Assembly (NCBI RefSeq): GCF_000497125.1
Contig: NC_090597.1
Span: 1,003,797 to 1,067,796 of the forward strand
DNA from: Spironucleus salmonicida
Lineage: Eukaryota
Reading direction: 5' to 3'
DNA length: 64,000 nucleotides
The translations under genes were made by a program, and so were the position numbers. Numbering within the stretch: position 1 is the first letter of the stretch; each line of letters opens with the position of its first letter. Below are positions 12,513 to 25,500 of the stretch, piece by piece. The notes beneath the pieces were generated by a model that was not told where the DNA came from, searched no databases, and was given only the letters and a program-made list of their open reading frames with translations.

Positions 12513-14090
12513 ATGTCTGGAACATGTACTGATAGCGTAAACAGTTGTGCGGAAGGAAATTATTGCCCAACAGGAACCGGCACCACTGATGCAGCCTGCA
12601 TTAAGTGCACTGTCGGTTGCCTTACTTGCTCAGGTACCACCTTAGAAGATACAATGTGCGCCACTTGCGCAGACGGCTAATTTCTTGATGGAAAAAAATG
12701 TTCACCCTGCGACTCCAAATGTAAAACCTGTACCACTACTGCAACCACTTGTTCTTCCTGCCAAAACGATAACTTTTTAGAGAATAATACATGCAAAACA
12801 TGTACTGCCAATCAGTTGAAGCCCTGCATGTGCACAGCCGCCCTTAATTGCGCCACCTGCGCAACCGACAAGACGAAGTGCGACACTTGTAACGGAAACT
12901 ACAACCCATATATTGGCAATCCTTGCTTGACCTGCAAACCAACATTTTTCGAGGACACGACGACAAATCCGAAAACCTGCAAAGCCTGCTCAGCTAACTG
13001 CATCACCTGCTCTTCTGCGACCAAGTGTACACTTTGTTATGGTGGCTTCGCTGTTGAGAATAACAAGTGCGAAAAGTGCACAGTCTTAAACTGCACGAAC
13101 TGCGTAGGTGATAAGGACACCTGCATCGCCTGTGCTTATGGATTTGACCTTACAGACAGCAATTGCGTCAAAAACTGCTCGAAAGATTTCGATTGCAGCT
13201 CTACTGAAATTTGTCAAACGACCTGCAAAACCTGCACTAACAACTGCGCTTCCTGCAAGAATACGCTTAGCGAGTGCAAAAGCTGCCTTTCAGGCTACAT
13301 TTTGGAAGGCACCTCCTGTGCTAAATGCGGAGATAACTGCGCCAATTGCGACGGGAATAAAGCAGTCTGCCGGCTGTGCAAGCCCAACTTTTTCCTGAAG
13401 AATGGTACTTGTACAACCTGCACCGGCAACACCGTTGAGCAATGTGAGTGCAATGAAGCTATAAACTGCGCAGACTGCTAGGTTGCGGACACGAGAATAT
13501 GCGATAAATGCCTCACTGGGTTCAAGAAGTCGAATGAAGGCTCTTGTGACAAGTGCTCGGATGGGTTTTTCATGAGCTAAAAGTTGTGCTTAAAATGCGG
13601 CAACGTATGCAAGAGCTGCTCAGAGGACAGTGAAAGGTGCGATACTTGTATTACTGGGTATACGATGAGCATAAACCAAATATGCGAAAAAGACTGTACG
13701 GATGCTGTTACTGATGGCAACGTTTGCGTTAGGGAGTAAGTAGTGGCGTGTGGGAGTGATAGTTAGACAGTTGCATGCAAATGCGACACTGCGGTAAACT
13801 GCTTCAAATGCAGCGGGACTGATAGTAAAAAATGTGAGTCTTGCATGCCAGGATACAAGCTTGAGGGAGATATATGCACTGGATGCGCTGATGGAGCTTA
13901 AGGTGTTGGTGCGTTCTGCTTTATTTCTGGAAATAGGTCTAAAAATAACCTTTCTGGCGGAGCTATTGCCGGCATTGTAATTGCAGTTTTGATTGTTGCT
14001 GGTGCGATAGGTGGCGGGGTATTCTGGTTTATGAGGGAGAAAAAGAAGACATCGGTGTGTGTTGAAGGTTCTGCTGGAATACAGGAATGA
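12513..14090 (+). CDS. Cysteine-rich membrane protein (CRMP2-type), 525 aa
   Basis: [25 protein letters not shown]...; same frame as track ORF 12816; [29 protein letters not shown]; tail [19 protein letters not shown]. Confidence 0.92.
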
Positions 14091-15163
14091 AATATTTTAT
14101 TGGTAGCATTTATAGATGTGTAAGAAGTTAGATCCTACCGGTACTAAAATTAATTAGATTATAATTGTTTACCTGTGACCATGCAATTTGTGAATGGTCC
14201 CGCTGCAGATGGGAGACTTCCCCTCAAAAGGCACAATAAATTGATTCACACCAGAGGATGTTAAGTAGAAAATTGTTTACTATATTGTGAACATTATCAG
14301 CTTAGGCGTGTTAATAAAACTGGTTTTAAAGTTAAAACATTGTTGTACATTTTTCTCAAATAGATTTTAAATTTTTATGTTACCTTTAAATAAACCTAGC
14401 ATCGCTGTAATCACACTTACTCTACCATAAATTTAATAATATTTCTTAATTACATAATTAAATAAATATCATCCTTAACTGGATATAGATTTACATAACT
14501 AAAATTTCTTTAATAAATTTAGAAGATTCTTTATATTATATCTTGTTAAATACAATGAACAAGTTATTCCAAAATAACATTATATTGTATCTAAACAACA
14601 GTAAATATATACTCTCAATCGAAGATCTATACAAACTTTATTTCATCTTAAAGTTTAGTCGGTGCAACTAGAAATACTGATAATGCAGCATTCAGCAAGT
14701 ACTAATGAAGATAGGCTCTTATTTTTGCAAGCAACAGAGTCGTCTGACTAACCCGCTTTATTCGTAGCTTGTTTCGCCATTTATTTTAAAACTATATATT
14801 GGATACTATATGTAAAATAATAGCATTTTTAGAATAGAAGTGTTTTCTAAAATTCTTAATACTAGGATATTCTCCATATCTACTAGACACTAGTATGACA
14901 TAGTAGAGTGCTGTATACAGGGAGGTAAAATATAATAGTAAAAAATTTATACAGCTGGTGCGTACTTAGTATAGCAGTTAAGCTTTATCGTCTTGGAATA
15001 ATGCGTTGAGTGTGTTAATTACGTGTCACAGGCTCTTTATGAAATTAGTTATAAGGTAAATTAGTTTATAGGCACTAGTAGGATAAATACATTACTTTTA
15101 GTGTAGTTATATAATATTATATTAATAACTATAGTTTTTAATCTAATTAATATTACTCCTTAA

Positions 15164-18100
15164 ATGACCAATCAGGGCTCGAATACCAAGACAGAAGCTA
15201 AGCCTACCTAGCTCACTTTTTCCTCTTTAGACAACGATATTATGGAGCTTCAATAGGATGTGGTGTTTTCATTTATCGGAACTGAATTTTATATAAGCAA
15301 AGTTGACGATGCCGTATGTTACCTAAGAGTAACCATTGATACTGTTGAAACCCTCAGCCTCCTGCACCTCTTCATGTGGCAGCATAGGCAAGGTCTGCTA
15401 CTCAGAAGCGACATCCAACTGATCATGATACAAGATGAACTGAAGGATCCTAGTATATCAGTATCTGAATACTGGCGTAACTTGGCTTCGTTGTCCCTTC
15501 AAATGGGGTTTTCCACCATGTTATTTAATAAATATATTGATATTTTGTTATAGAAGCCAACCCATTAAATGATTATAGTATCAGACGTCCCCAGAATCGA
15601 CTCTCAGTGGCTAGACACCATGGAGGGATTGAGCCACTTCCAGTTTGATGATAAAATGTCCAATTCCATGAAATTGGTTATTTTGGAACGAATTGGCTTA
15701 ACTACCCATAAATAAAAGCAATATGCTCATCTACTGCCAATGATACTGGGGTATAGCGCCTACATTATTTAGAATTAAATTATTTAATATTAAAAATATG
15801 ATATGGAAAGTATTGTTAAAGATACTGTTTATATTAAAAATAAGGGTATTGATAAAGAAATTCTTGATCCAAATTTCCCTCAGGTTTATATTCATCATGC
15901 ATAAGAAGTGTATACTACTGCAACCGTTCCATCTGAGATTTAATATAACGCTACTATTTTAGACAATAATGGAAATAAGAAGATCAAGAATTTTACATTC
16001 GATAATATCACTTAAGTCTTCAAGAATATCTTTGAACTCCCAATACATTTAATAGATTTATTTAAATTTGATGGTACCAACAAGTTCATCTTCCAGCAAA
16101 TGTGCGATGTGTCCTACCTGTTCAAGGCGTAGTACTTTGCGGTGTTCTCAGCCTTCTTCCCCCTCGAAAATGCGATTATGAGCCAGAGCTCGAGGAGCGG
16201 TAAAACTGTCACCCTGCACACTATATTCTACTTCAACCTGTTCTCGGGGCTGAAAATTCCCATATTGATTAACATTGGATATACAAAAAATTTACATGTA
16301 CTGGAAACGCAGCCGTTATACGATAGAAGTTCTATCGAGATTGGTTAACGCCTAAAAGCTTTATTTTGCGGCTATCAAAGTAAACCTGTCCTTGGAGACG
16401 TTATTAGTAGTAATTTGAAAGATGGAGTTGAATATTCTAAAACGATGGCTTATGTTAAAATAGAGTGTTTCAACTTAATCAAAGACTATGATATACTGGC
16501 ATTATAAATATTACTTAAAAGTATATTTGTTTCATATTTCACGGGATATTCTTATTTTGAATAATTTTCGTTAAGTTGTGGGTTTAATTTTTTTAATTAT
16601 TAGCAAGCAGATCAATTGAAATAAATCTAAGTCACTTTAGAAGAAGAGCTAAAATAATTGTAGAAAGAAACTGGAAGTAATTAAAAAAATGAGGAGGTAT
16701 AGTTATAAATAGATCATGTATCCAGGAGAATTAAGTCTTACTAAAATGGATTTATTAAACCAGATAACACGGTAAACTAAATTCAGGAATTTAGCAAAAA
16801 CAAGTAAATTATTCTATTAGTCGATGAGTGTCTAGCTTACCAGAAAGCCAACTACTAATCGTGCACCAGTGCGCTAGTTAGAATAGCAGATTAATTTGTT
16901 GCCAAATTTACGGAAAATGCAAAATCGAGCATCGATGAAGTACTTTAGAATATCAAGTAGATAGCAGCTAGTCAGTTAATATAATTATTAGACTGGCTAG
17001 AAATTCGTAAAAATGGTTTGAAAGTATGTAAAATTGATGATAATAACAAGCTTTTACTCTTGGATGAGGCAAAACAAAAAGTAGAATACATCCTTGGTGA
17101 CCCTATAGAGATTGACCGATATTTCCTTAGGTTAATACCGTCTGAAGTATTTAAAAATTGTAAAGCTTATAAACTTATTGATCTAATGGGTATTTCGTCT
17201 CCAAATTTTATCAACCTTAGAGAACCATTAATAATAAGGGACGCATTCTAGGAAATGATGTCAGATGTTAGAAAATAAACTACAATTGCCGTATTTAGGG
17301 CAAAAGTCTACTAGTTTCTCCTAATGTTATACAACCCGCGTGGTATCGAGACAATATTCTGGAGAAACGTTTCTTTTTCTATGAATTAAGTAGCAGATTC
17401 CATTAATATAACTAATACACCAAGCAGCTAAATTAAAGATGAATTAAACAAATATTTAAGCGAATAGTTTAGTACAGAAACCATGTACATTGATTTCTTC
17501 ACAAGTACATACAATGTTACTATAAAATTCCCTATAGAAAATATTTATGCATAAATTCCCTTTATCTCAGCAAAATCTGCTCACCTACTGGCTGCAGGAA
17601 CTGATCTAGCCCTTATAAACTTCATCAGATAGAATTAGTTTCTTTATACTTCCGAAAATAGTAGAGGTTAAACTCCATATACACAATCGAATATCCTTGG
17701 CACCTCCTAGATGCACCCTTCTTGTCTGACCTAAAGCTACTACAAAGATATGCGAATTACAACCTAGACTGACGATTCTATGAGACAATAAGTAAACGAT
17801 AAGGTAAAAAATATGAACATCAAGGACTTCTACCTCACGATGGTACCGGAACTAGCTGCAGAGCTTTAATTCTTATGTCCACTGATTTGCCCTTAAATAA
17901 TAATTAAAAATTCAACATCTAAATATTTATTTAACTCTACACGATAGTATTAGTATAACATTGGTGAAAAAATTATTGACCTAAATATTTTATCATCTCA
18001 TAGATAGATTTTAAATTCATTATTTATAGAAAGAGAAGATAAGTAAGTTGGTGCAACCTCGTTAGGTAGTAACAGATTGGCACTGAATAAAATTTTAAAA

Positions 18101-20136
18101 TCATAATCCATTTAAGATTTTAATAATAACTTGCGTCTGACTTCATCGTCCTCCCTAAATAGAGAAGTAGTGTTTATTCTTAGTTTTACCATGAGTTAAA
18201 AATTTGTGTAAAATTTAATTATACTAACAACATTAACAGAAGAAGATCTTGTATAACAGTCGTGTGGCGCCCAACAGATATTATGCTAACTTAACTAACA
18301 ACAAGTATCTGAAATATCAGCGGCGCTACTTCTTATTGTTTCATTATGCTAAAATTCTTATCATGAGACAGGTATGAAGCTGCTGATGAATTAAATCAGT
18401 AAAGATTCTTAATTTTTGGAGATATACGAAAATCCATATTACAAATATACTGCAGTTACAGAAATCAAGTTAGACACATTATATAAATAGCTTAAATCTC
18501 TATTCAAAGAAGCATGTTTCATGTTCCTGCAACAGTCATTTGATAAATTTTTCAATGCAAAATCTCCCACTCTGTAGGAATTCTTTTAACATGCTATTGA
18601 TAATGCGGGAATATGTTATGCAAAATTGCTATCAATAGGCTAGATTAAAGCAGGTTAAAAGCTCGCTATTGTAACAATTGTTGATAAGAATCACATATCA
18701 AATGTATTTTTTAAGCCACTGCCTCCAATGCCAGACTATTTGATTTCACTTTTTGGGGTCAGTGACTAATAAGTCATAGACTTCAGTGATTAAAGACTTC
18801 TGTCCATTAACGCTCACCGTAACAACGGTCATAAATTTTCTAGCCTCAACTTCTTGATTGAATCTGGAAATCACATCCCTGAAGAAGTTTCTACCAAATA
18901 AAATGATATAGAAGTTGCTTTGTGCTTCTAAATTTCTAGCAAATAAAAAACTACGGTTACATAAATAGTTCTATTCCATAAAAATGGGCATGCACGGCAC
19001 AATGATGAATAAGATATCGAATAAGACTAAGAAAGGTTAAGTGGAGTCTAACAATGTGCACATCTATCATTCACACAATTTAGCAATTAAGATTACTCCA
19101 TAGGTAGCTATTTGCAGTAGATAAACGTATTTGACGAATTTTAAAAAGTATGGTATTATAAATGTTATTTCTAGTATGGTATCTAATCTTTAATATAGTA
19201 GTAGAGCTTTTCCCCTGAATATGAAATTCATGTGGACTGCTTTTGGGGCTAGAACTTCTTCCTAATTCCAAGATAGTAAAATATACGAAGTGTGCTGAGG
19301 ACTGCAAATCCAAAGCTATTTCTCTTCGAAGCTGTCAAAATTAACAAAAGTGATGCAAATAATAAGGAGTCTTCGGTGTCTATGCACATCATCGTAAACT
19401 AACATTAGCACCTTTTCTAGAAGCTAGGAAACTTATACGAAACTTTAGAATTCGTATCGCCAGCAATCAGAGTGTAAACCAATGTTGCCTGGATCCCGAA
19501 CAAATTTAATACGTGCACTGAAAACCCCATACAAATTACCATTGAACAAATTAACTCTTTAATATTAACGGTAGAAAGTTGCCGTATTGAAAATAGTATT
19601 TAGTATAGATTTTTAAGCAATCTCCTATGTTAGCAAAATTTGACCTTGGTACAAGCACTGTAATGTCGTACTTGCTTAATATAACACTTTTCCCTATCGC
19701 AGTCGAAGGCCAAATTCTAGTGGTAAATTAGCTTGCACCTGACCACTCGGAGTTCGTTGTTCCAGGGCCATCCAAGTCTGAAGAGTAGACTGTTGAGGAT
19801 GCCTCCATATCTCAATACCATACGTTATGCCAAGCTACAAAGGACAAGTATAGAAACGAGCTCTCTGATGACTAAGTGCAGTTCATGCAAAAGAACGTAA
19901 ATGGGGTTTTTGATGCAGCATGCGCGTTACTATAATTTGATGATGGAGTTTTTACATTTAAAGTAAAATATTTATACTAAATGCCTATTACGAGAAGGTA
20001 GAGAACATCTTTTAAGGAGGATTGTTTCGAAACTATTTAAGAATCCAAAGAGTACTTACTGGAAACGTTCATACGACTCAAAGCTGTTATACTGGCCATC
20101 GAGGAAGGCGTCGTCCACGTGATAATTCTTGAGTGA
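15164..20136 (+). CDS. Large (~1650 aa) putative P-loop NTPase, Crinkler/RHS/STAND-like, with probable frameshift near 19590
   Basis: One frame open 15164-20122 (1652 aa) under table 6. Walker A-like AIMSQSSRSGKT (16172-16207), Walker B IILLVDE (16808-16828), sensor-1-like LLAAGT (~17585-17602), ENSRG (~17654-17668). From 19591 a second frame is also open to a GAGTGA stop at 20136. Confidence 0.8.
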
Positions 20137-21869
20137 AAGTGAGGGTTTATTTGTTCTACTGCCTGATGTCACTGGATGGGAAACTGGTGGGCTAAATAAC
20201 TGCTTATTTATATTAACAGTTTCATATATATCATATTCTAGAATTTTGAACGGTTTCCTTAAGCTTGAAATTAGCTATTCCAAATGAGTAAGGTTTTAAG
20301 AATAGGTCGAACCTCTGTAAGGCATCTCAGTGTTCAGATAATTTTTAAATATTCTGGCTACATGATATTTTACAGGAATTACTTTGCTTCAGCGCTTCAA
20401 TTGCTAAATATTGGATGCAGTATTTGAGGTCAATTGTGATCGTTGTTTATAATTATGAATGTCCTGGATCGAGTGTGCTAAACATTCTTCTGCACTGGCC
20501 TTTTTGCGGCCTAAGATGGCGCATATTTCCATTATAGACGTCGCGAAAGTTTGTTCGTTTCCGTTTCAAGCTCATTTACAATTTTAACTCAAATTGCAGA
20601 TCAAGTGATAAAAGACATTCTGGTCCGGCAAACCAGTAGGAATTACAATATAGATACCCAAAATAGGTTAACGTACGGTTTATGTTGTTTTGAAAGATGG
20701 AATTACTGTGCTGAAATTCTAGCTTCATGTATTACTCTATGAGTAATAACAGAGCGGTATGGCACTTTTATGCTGGACCAGTAGCGCATATGCAAATTTA
20801 AAAAATTGAGGATAGGGTTACTGAATGTGAAGCTTACTATATATTGGTGCCTACAATTTCCATTAAAAGCAGTAGTGACTTAACACAATAGTTTATTTGG
20901 TTCATTAAAATGGTAGTAAATGCACCAGACTAGCATATGGCGGGATTTATGGTACATTAATAATGAAACAAAATAGCTGCAGTTTTCGCTATTACTCGTG
21001 ATCTTCGTACCTAACAATATCAAGTTATCGATCTTCTTTATATTTATTGGTTGAGGATGGTCATCACTTCTAGGTTAAATTTAATAATCAATGTTATGAT
21101 TAGGTAATATTACTTTGGCCGATAAATATAGCTGGATATGCATCGTAATCCTTATATTATTATCATACGAACTATTTACCAACAGGTAGTTGCTTGCTAA
21201 TAGAACAGAAAAATTATTTCTAGTGTCAGTAACTTGTTTTCGTATGCTAGTGTTGTGATAGTGTATGGAGTTAAGATAATGACTAAACACGGTACTTATT
21301 ATTATAAGATTACAATTCCTAGCATTTTTACTTTCTAGAGTCTCTCTACACTCTGGAGGTAAAACCGATATACAAGACGTACAATCTGAATTCCCTAACT
21401 ATATCTGATACTTAGTGCAACTGAAAAGATCATTTTGCGATCGTTAACTACTCATGGTATAACTAAAGTAAACACGGAGTTTCACAGCGGTCTGATTGCT
21501 GTTAGGGTACTTATAACTGCAGTAGTAAATAATAATACAAGTCTCAGATGATTATATTCATTTAACTAAATTCCCATAATATGGGAAGAAGAATGGAGTT
21601 GGAAAACCTCGTAAAGTAACAGGATATTGCAGCAATAATCTGCAAAGTGCGAAACCCATCATTATTACTAAATCAAATAGCCGCATACTGCGTGCAGAAA
21701 ATAGTACAATATACAGCATCAAGCTTGGGCAGCTGGTAGCTCATGAGACTTGTAATATGGCCCATGTGCAACCAAAGATATACTTGATGGTTCTTAATAA
21801 AATTATAGATAACACTCATTTGAAATGCTGAATGCAAACACATTAAATGCCGTAATAATTTATATCAAG

Positions 21870-22749
21870 ATATCCAGTGATATTTTACTTATTTATAGTA
21901 TAGTGCATCAACTTCGAATAATAAGATATTCTCATGCTGCAAAAATAGTTCTGAAGGGTCCTTAGGGTCTCTAGGGTATTCCACAACTTTCTTGGTTCCC
22001 ACAATAACCATCATTCCCACAAGATGGTTGAATGCGAATATTTCTATCAAAAGTTATCACCTTGTGGGCGCATCTAGCTCACAAAAAATCACTACCAACC
22101 CGGCCAAGCCTAAAACGCTGGAAAACATTCCAAGAAAAACTTCCCAGTTCACCGTATGCCCACAAAAATACTCCATACAAAACCCCACTCCAACACTGAT
22201 AACAAAAAACACAACTGCTCAACTCCCGGTTCCCATTTTCACGTAACGCCCTTCACCGCGACTTTACCTGCCCTTGAAGATACTTAACCCATGTACACCT
22301 AAAAGCACATCCAGCGATGCCTTATCGATGCCATTGCCACCTGAAGCATATCCCATTAACTACATTTGCAGAGTCATGCGCAATTTCTTACCGCGTTCCG
22401 AGGTCTGGTCGCACTGACTGAAGCAAAGCTGATAACCAGGAAAATTATCAAAACCCCCAATCAGTATCATATACATAACACCTGCAAAACCTCCACCCTG
22501 CGGTATCATGTCAAAAACCTGAAGTGAAATCATTGAAACGTACGCAGACGAAATACCAGCGGCCAAATGCTGTCCACGTCGCATTTGAAGCTGCCGGAAC
22601 CGACGGCAACCAAAATGACACCAATGGAACCAAATTTTAATCTGCAAAAACACAAATTCTGATAATTCTGCAACTATCGCTTCTTCGAGATAATCTTGCA
22701 TATACTGCGGTACAGTCAGTATTGTATCACTTTTCAGCGAATTGCACAT
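21870..22749 (-). pseudogene. Decayed multi-pass membrane transporter, ZIP (ZupT/GufA)-like
   Basis: LAAGISSAYVSMISLQVFDMIP, LLGVHGLSI, LGLAGLVVIFCEL and LVGMMVIV resemble ZIP helices in the expected order; in-frame TGA at 22219-22221 and 22057-22059. Confidence 0.45.
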
Positions 22750-23421
22750 CTATTCATTTATTTTGTCGGTATAGCTATATTTGTATCTGTTCCGGTAGGC
22801 CATGTAGCTGGTGTTACAAATATAGGATAGTTATGGAACTTTGTTGATATGTGACCTCATTGAAATAGAATATTTTTGGATGGGTGTGGTGGGATTCTTG
22901 TGTGGAAGAAGCACGTCCAGGAAAAATGTTATTATAATGATGTAAATAATTGCAGCAGAAGGTCCATAAGTTTGCTACCTTTTTTCAATTGATGAAATAA
23001 TGCAAATATTAGAGATGATGGTAGACTCGTAATTAATGAGCGGCAACGATAGGCTAACTTTATATCCCTATTGATTCATATTATTTTAATACCACCGAAT
23101 GAATCAAGTTGGTCATAAACTATCATGTGTAGTGCGTAATTGGTATTAGAATATCTGCAATTATTCTGCTTTGAGTTAGACATAGACTGAAAACGTATTA
23201 GCAAGATGGAGGATTATCCCAAGCGGTTACATGCGCATCCCATAGACTAATATTGCTTGAAGATACAGTAAATATTATCATCACTTGATGGTGGTATATG
23301 GCTCCTACTAATTTTCAGCAAAATTTAATATTAATTTCGTCATACAACATATTGGTATATAGTATACCAGGTATCAAAGAAAAATATTTTAAAATATTTT
23401 AGTGCTAATATACAGTCTAAA

Positions 23422-23799
23422 ATGGGATTACAGTATCATCCAGTCACACAAAGGGTTCCACAGAAGAATAAATTGTAACTCCTTCGGGTGGAGCTATTAA
23501 AGAGTGGATAATAAATGCAATTAACTGATAAGATATAGCCTATTTTGGAACGGATAGTTTAAAAATTAATGGTAAATATCAAGTATTTTACCAAAATTAT
23601 GACTCTTGGCACACATCTTAATAGTTAATCGTAAGGAATGAAGATCCAACGAAAGTACTATGTATCCACCAACCGAAGCATTTAACATAACTAACATTAC
23701 AAAAACTTGTCGTTTACCATTAAAGAGTAGATAAATTATATACGAAATATGTTGCGTGATGAGAATAAAATAAAAATAAAATTATATAAATCTACATGA
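23422..23799 (+). other. 125-codon open frame, possibly a relic of a non-LTR reverse transcriptase
   Basis: MGLQYHP...IMTLGTHLNS...KIKLYKST*; weak resemblance to RT regions 6, 7 and thumb; no catalytic xxDD motif seen. Confidence 0.2.
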
Positions 23800-25500
23800 A
23801 TACAAATTAATAATTAGAATATCTGTATAATGTTGTTACAAAGTGCTTAGTTTTCGCTACGGTATGGATTTTATAAAAGTAAAATATTTAGAGGCAAATG
23901 GCCATACTGCAGTAAAAACTTACTGGTTTAAAGCCCTGGAAATACTCTAAAACTAAAATCATATGAATAAGTTGGCTAGAACCATTCTAACCACTATGGA
24001 ATGGTAAAACTGAATATAAGGATATCTTATTCCCTTTTACACCTAATAATCGCATCTACTACTATTTTATCATAATTTTACCACTCAGCCCCAAGTAATA
24101 TTTTTACTACAAGACCATTTAACATTTAACGACTCATGAACCCTTTTAGGGCTGTTACAACAATTTTTCAAATCAAACCCTGCAAAATACCATTTTCAGC
24201 CTCCATACTAACTCTCAAGCTACAAAATTGAAGCCACATTCTCACCGATTCCTCAAGATTTCTACCCTACCCTAAACTAAATTTTGCATGACAATATCAT
24301 GTGAATACTGCAATCGTGCGTTCCACATTAGCAGTTCTGCGCATTTGCTGTCAACCAGCGCTCAAACGGTCAAAGAATCTTGCAGGCGCTGAAACAGCGC
24401 AGTTAAGTGATTTTTAATGGCGCAAAACCGCGTTTGAGGCTTTCGTGCAGCAGTTAGCAACGCATTTTGCTATTTGCTTTTCGCGGGAGGTTGCAAATTT
24501 GGGATGCTGTGAAAGAATACCAGAATTAGTGGGGTAGGAAATATGCATGTTAGCAAAATTTTGTTTATCAAATTTGAGGTGGAAATGAGCATTTTTGGCG
24601 ATAATTCATTGAGTCAGTAAATAGAGTGAAAGATACATTGAGTTGATTCATTAATGGAATAGTTTGGTTGCGGCAGTGAGGGCATTGCAGTTCGACTGAT
24701 TATTAGTGCTGGATTTGCGCAGTCTTACTAGGTAAGGGAGTGGGACAGATTTGGAGCGAATATGGTCGTGGTGATTTATGGCGCTGTTGCAACAAACTGG
24801 TATTTGCCAGGTAATAAGTTTTATAATGATTTGGTTTCGATTTAATTTAAAGATTTAGAGATAATTTGATGATATAATATTAAGCAGTATATCTAATTTG
24901 GATGAATCTGAAATATCAGGATCCTATTATCCAACAAATAATAAAATTACATTTGTAAGTTAATGTGAAAATTATGATAAAATAACATGTAATGCTGTTA
25001 AATCTGTATCATATATAGTACAATTATTAAAATAACTAATATATGCAAAGCTGAAACTGTAATTTATAATAGAAAATATATGCCACGGAATCACTCTAAA
25101 GATAGTAAATTAAATATAGGAAATATACATGACACCAAATTTATGACTTAAAGCATGAGTATCATTGATATTACATAAACAAATTGAAATCATAGTTTCA
25201 ATTATTATATACAGAACTACTAATATTCTTGAGCTAAAATATAATAGTAATTGCTTATATGCTGCTATTTTTATTAAATATATCTAAATTAATCTATCTC
25301 TGCCTTGGTTTGACCTCATTATAATTTTATTTCACGTTATCAATTAATGCATTAAATGGTTAAATAAATTGAAAAATATTGCAGTCGACTCAAGTATTCA
25401 CTAACTAACTGTTATAGGTGAATTATCTGGAAGAGTCACACATTAGTCAATAATATTTAGATTCATAAAAAAAACGTATATCACTTTATAATTATTACTA

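Noticed and set aside
14170-14260. GC-richer patch with short stems, superficially like an HDV ribozyme
   Set aside because: Could not build the nested double pseudoknot; the stems are short and mutually exclusive.
14643-14780. Minus-strand ATG frame MAKQATNKAG...
   Set aside because: Stops after 45 codons, with no motif or AGTGA end.
21955-21978. Three AGGGT/TAGGGT units resembling a telomeric repeat
   Set aside because: Only three imperfect 9-bp units, lying in the decayed transporter frame (YPRDPKDP).
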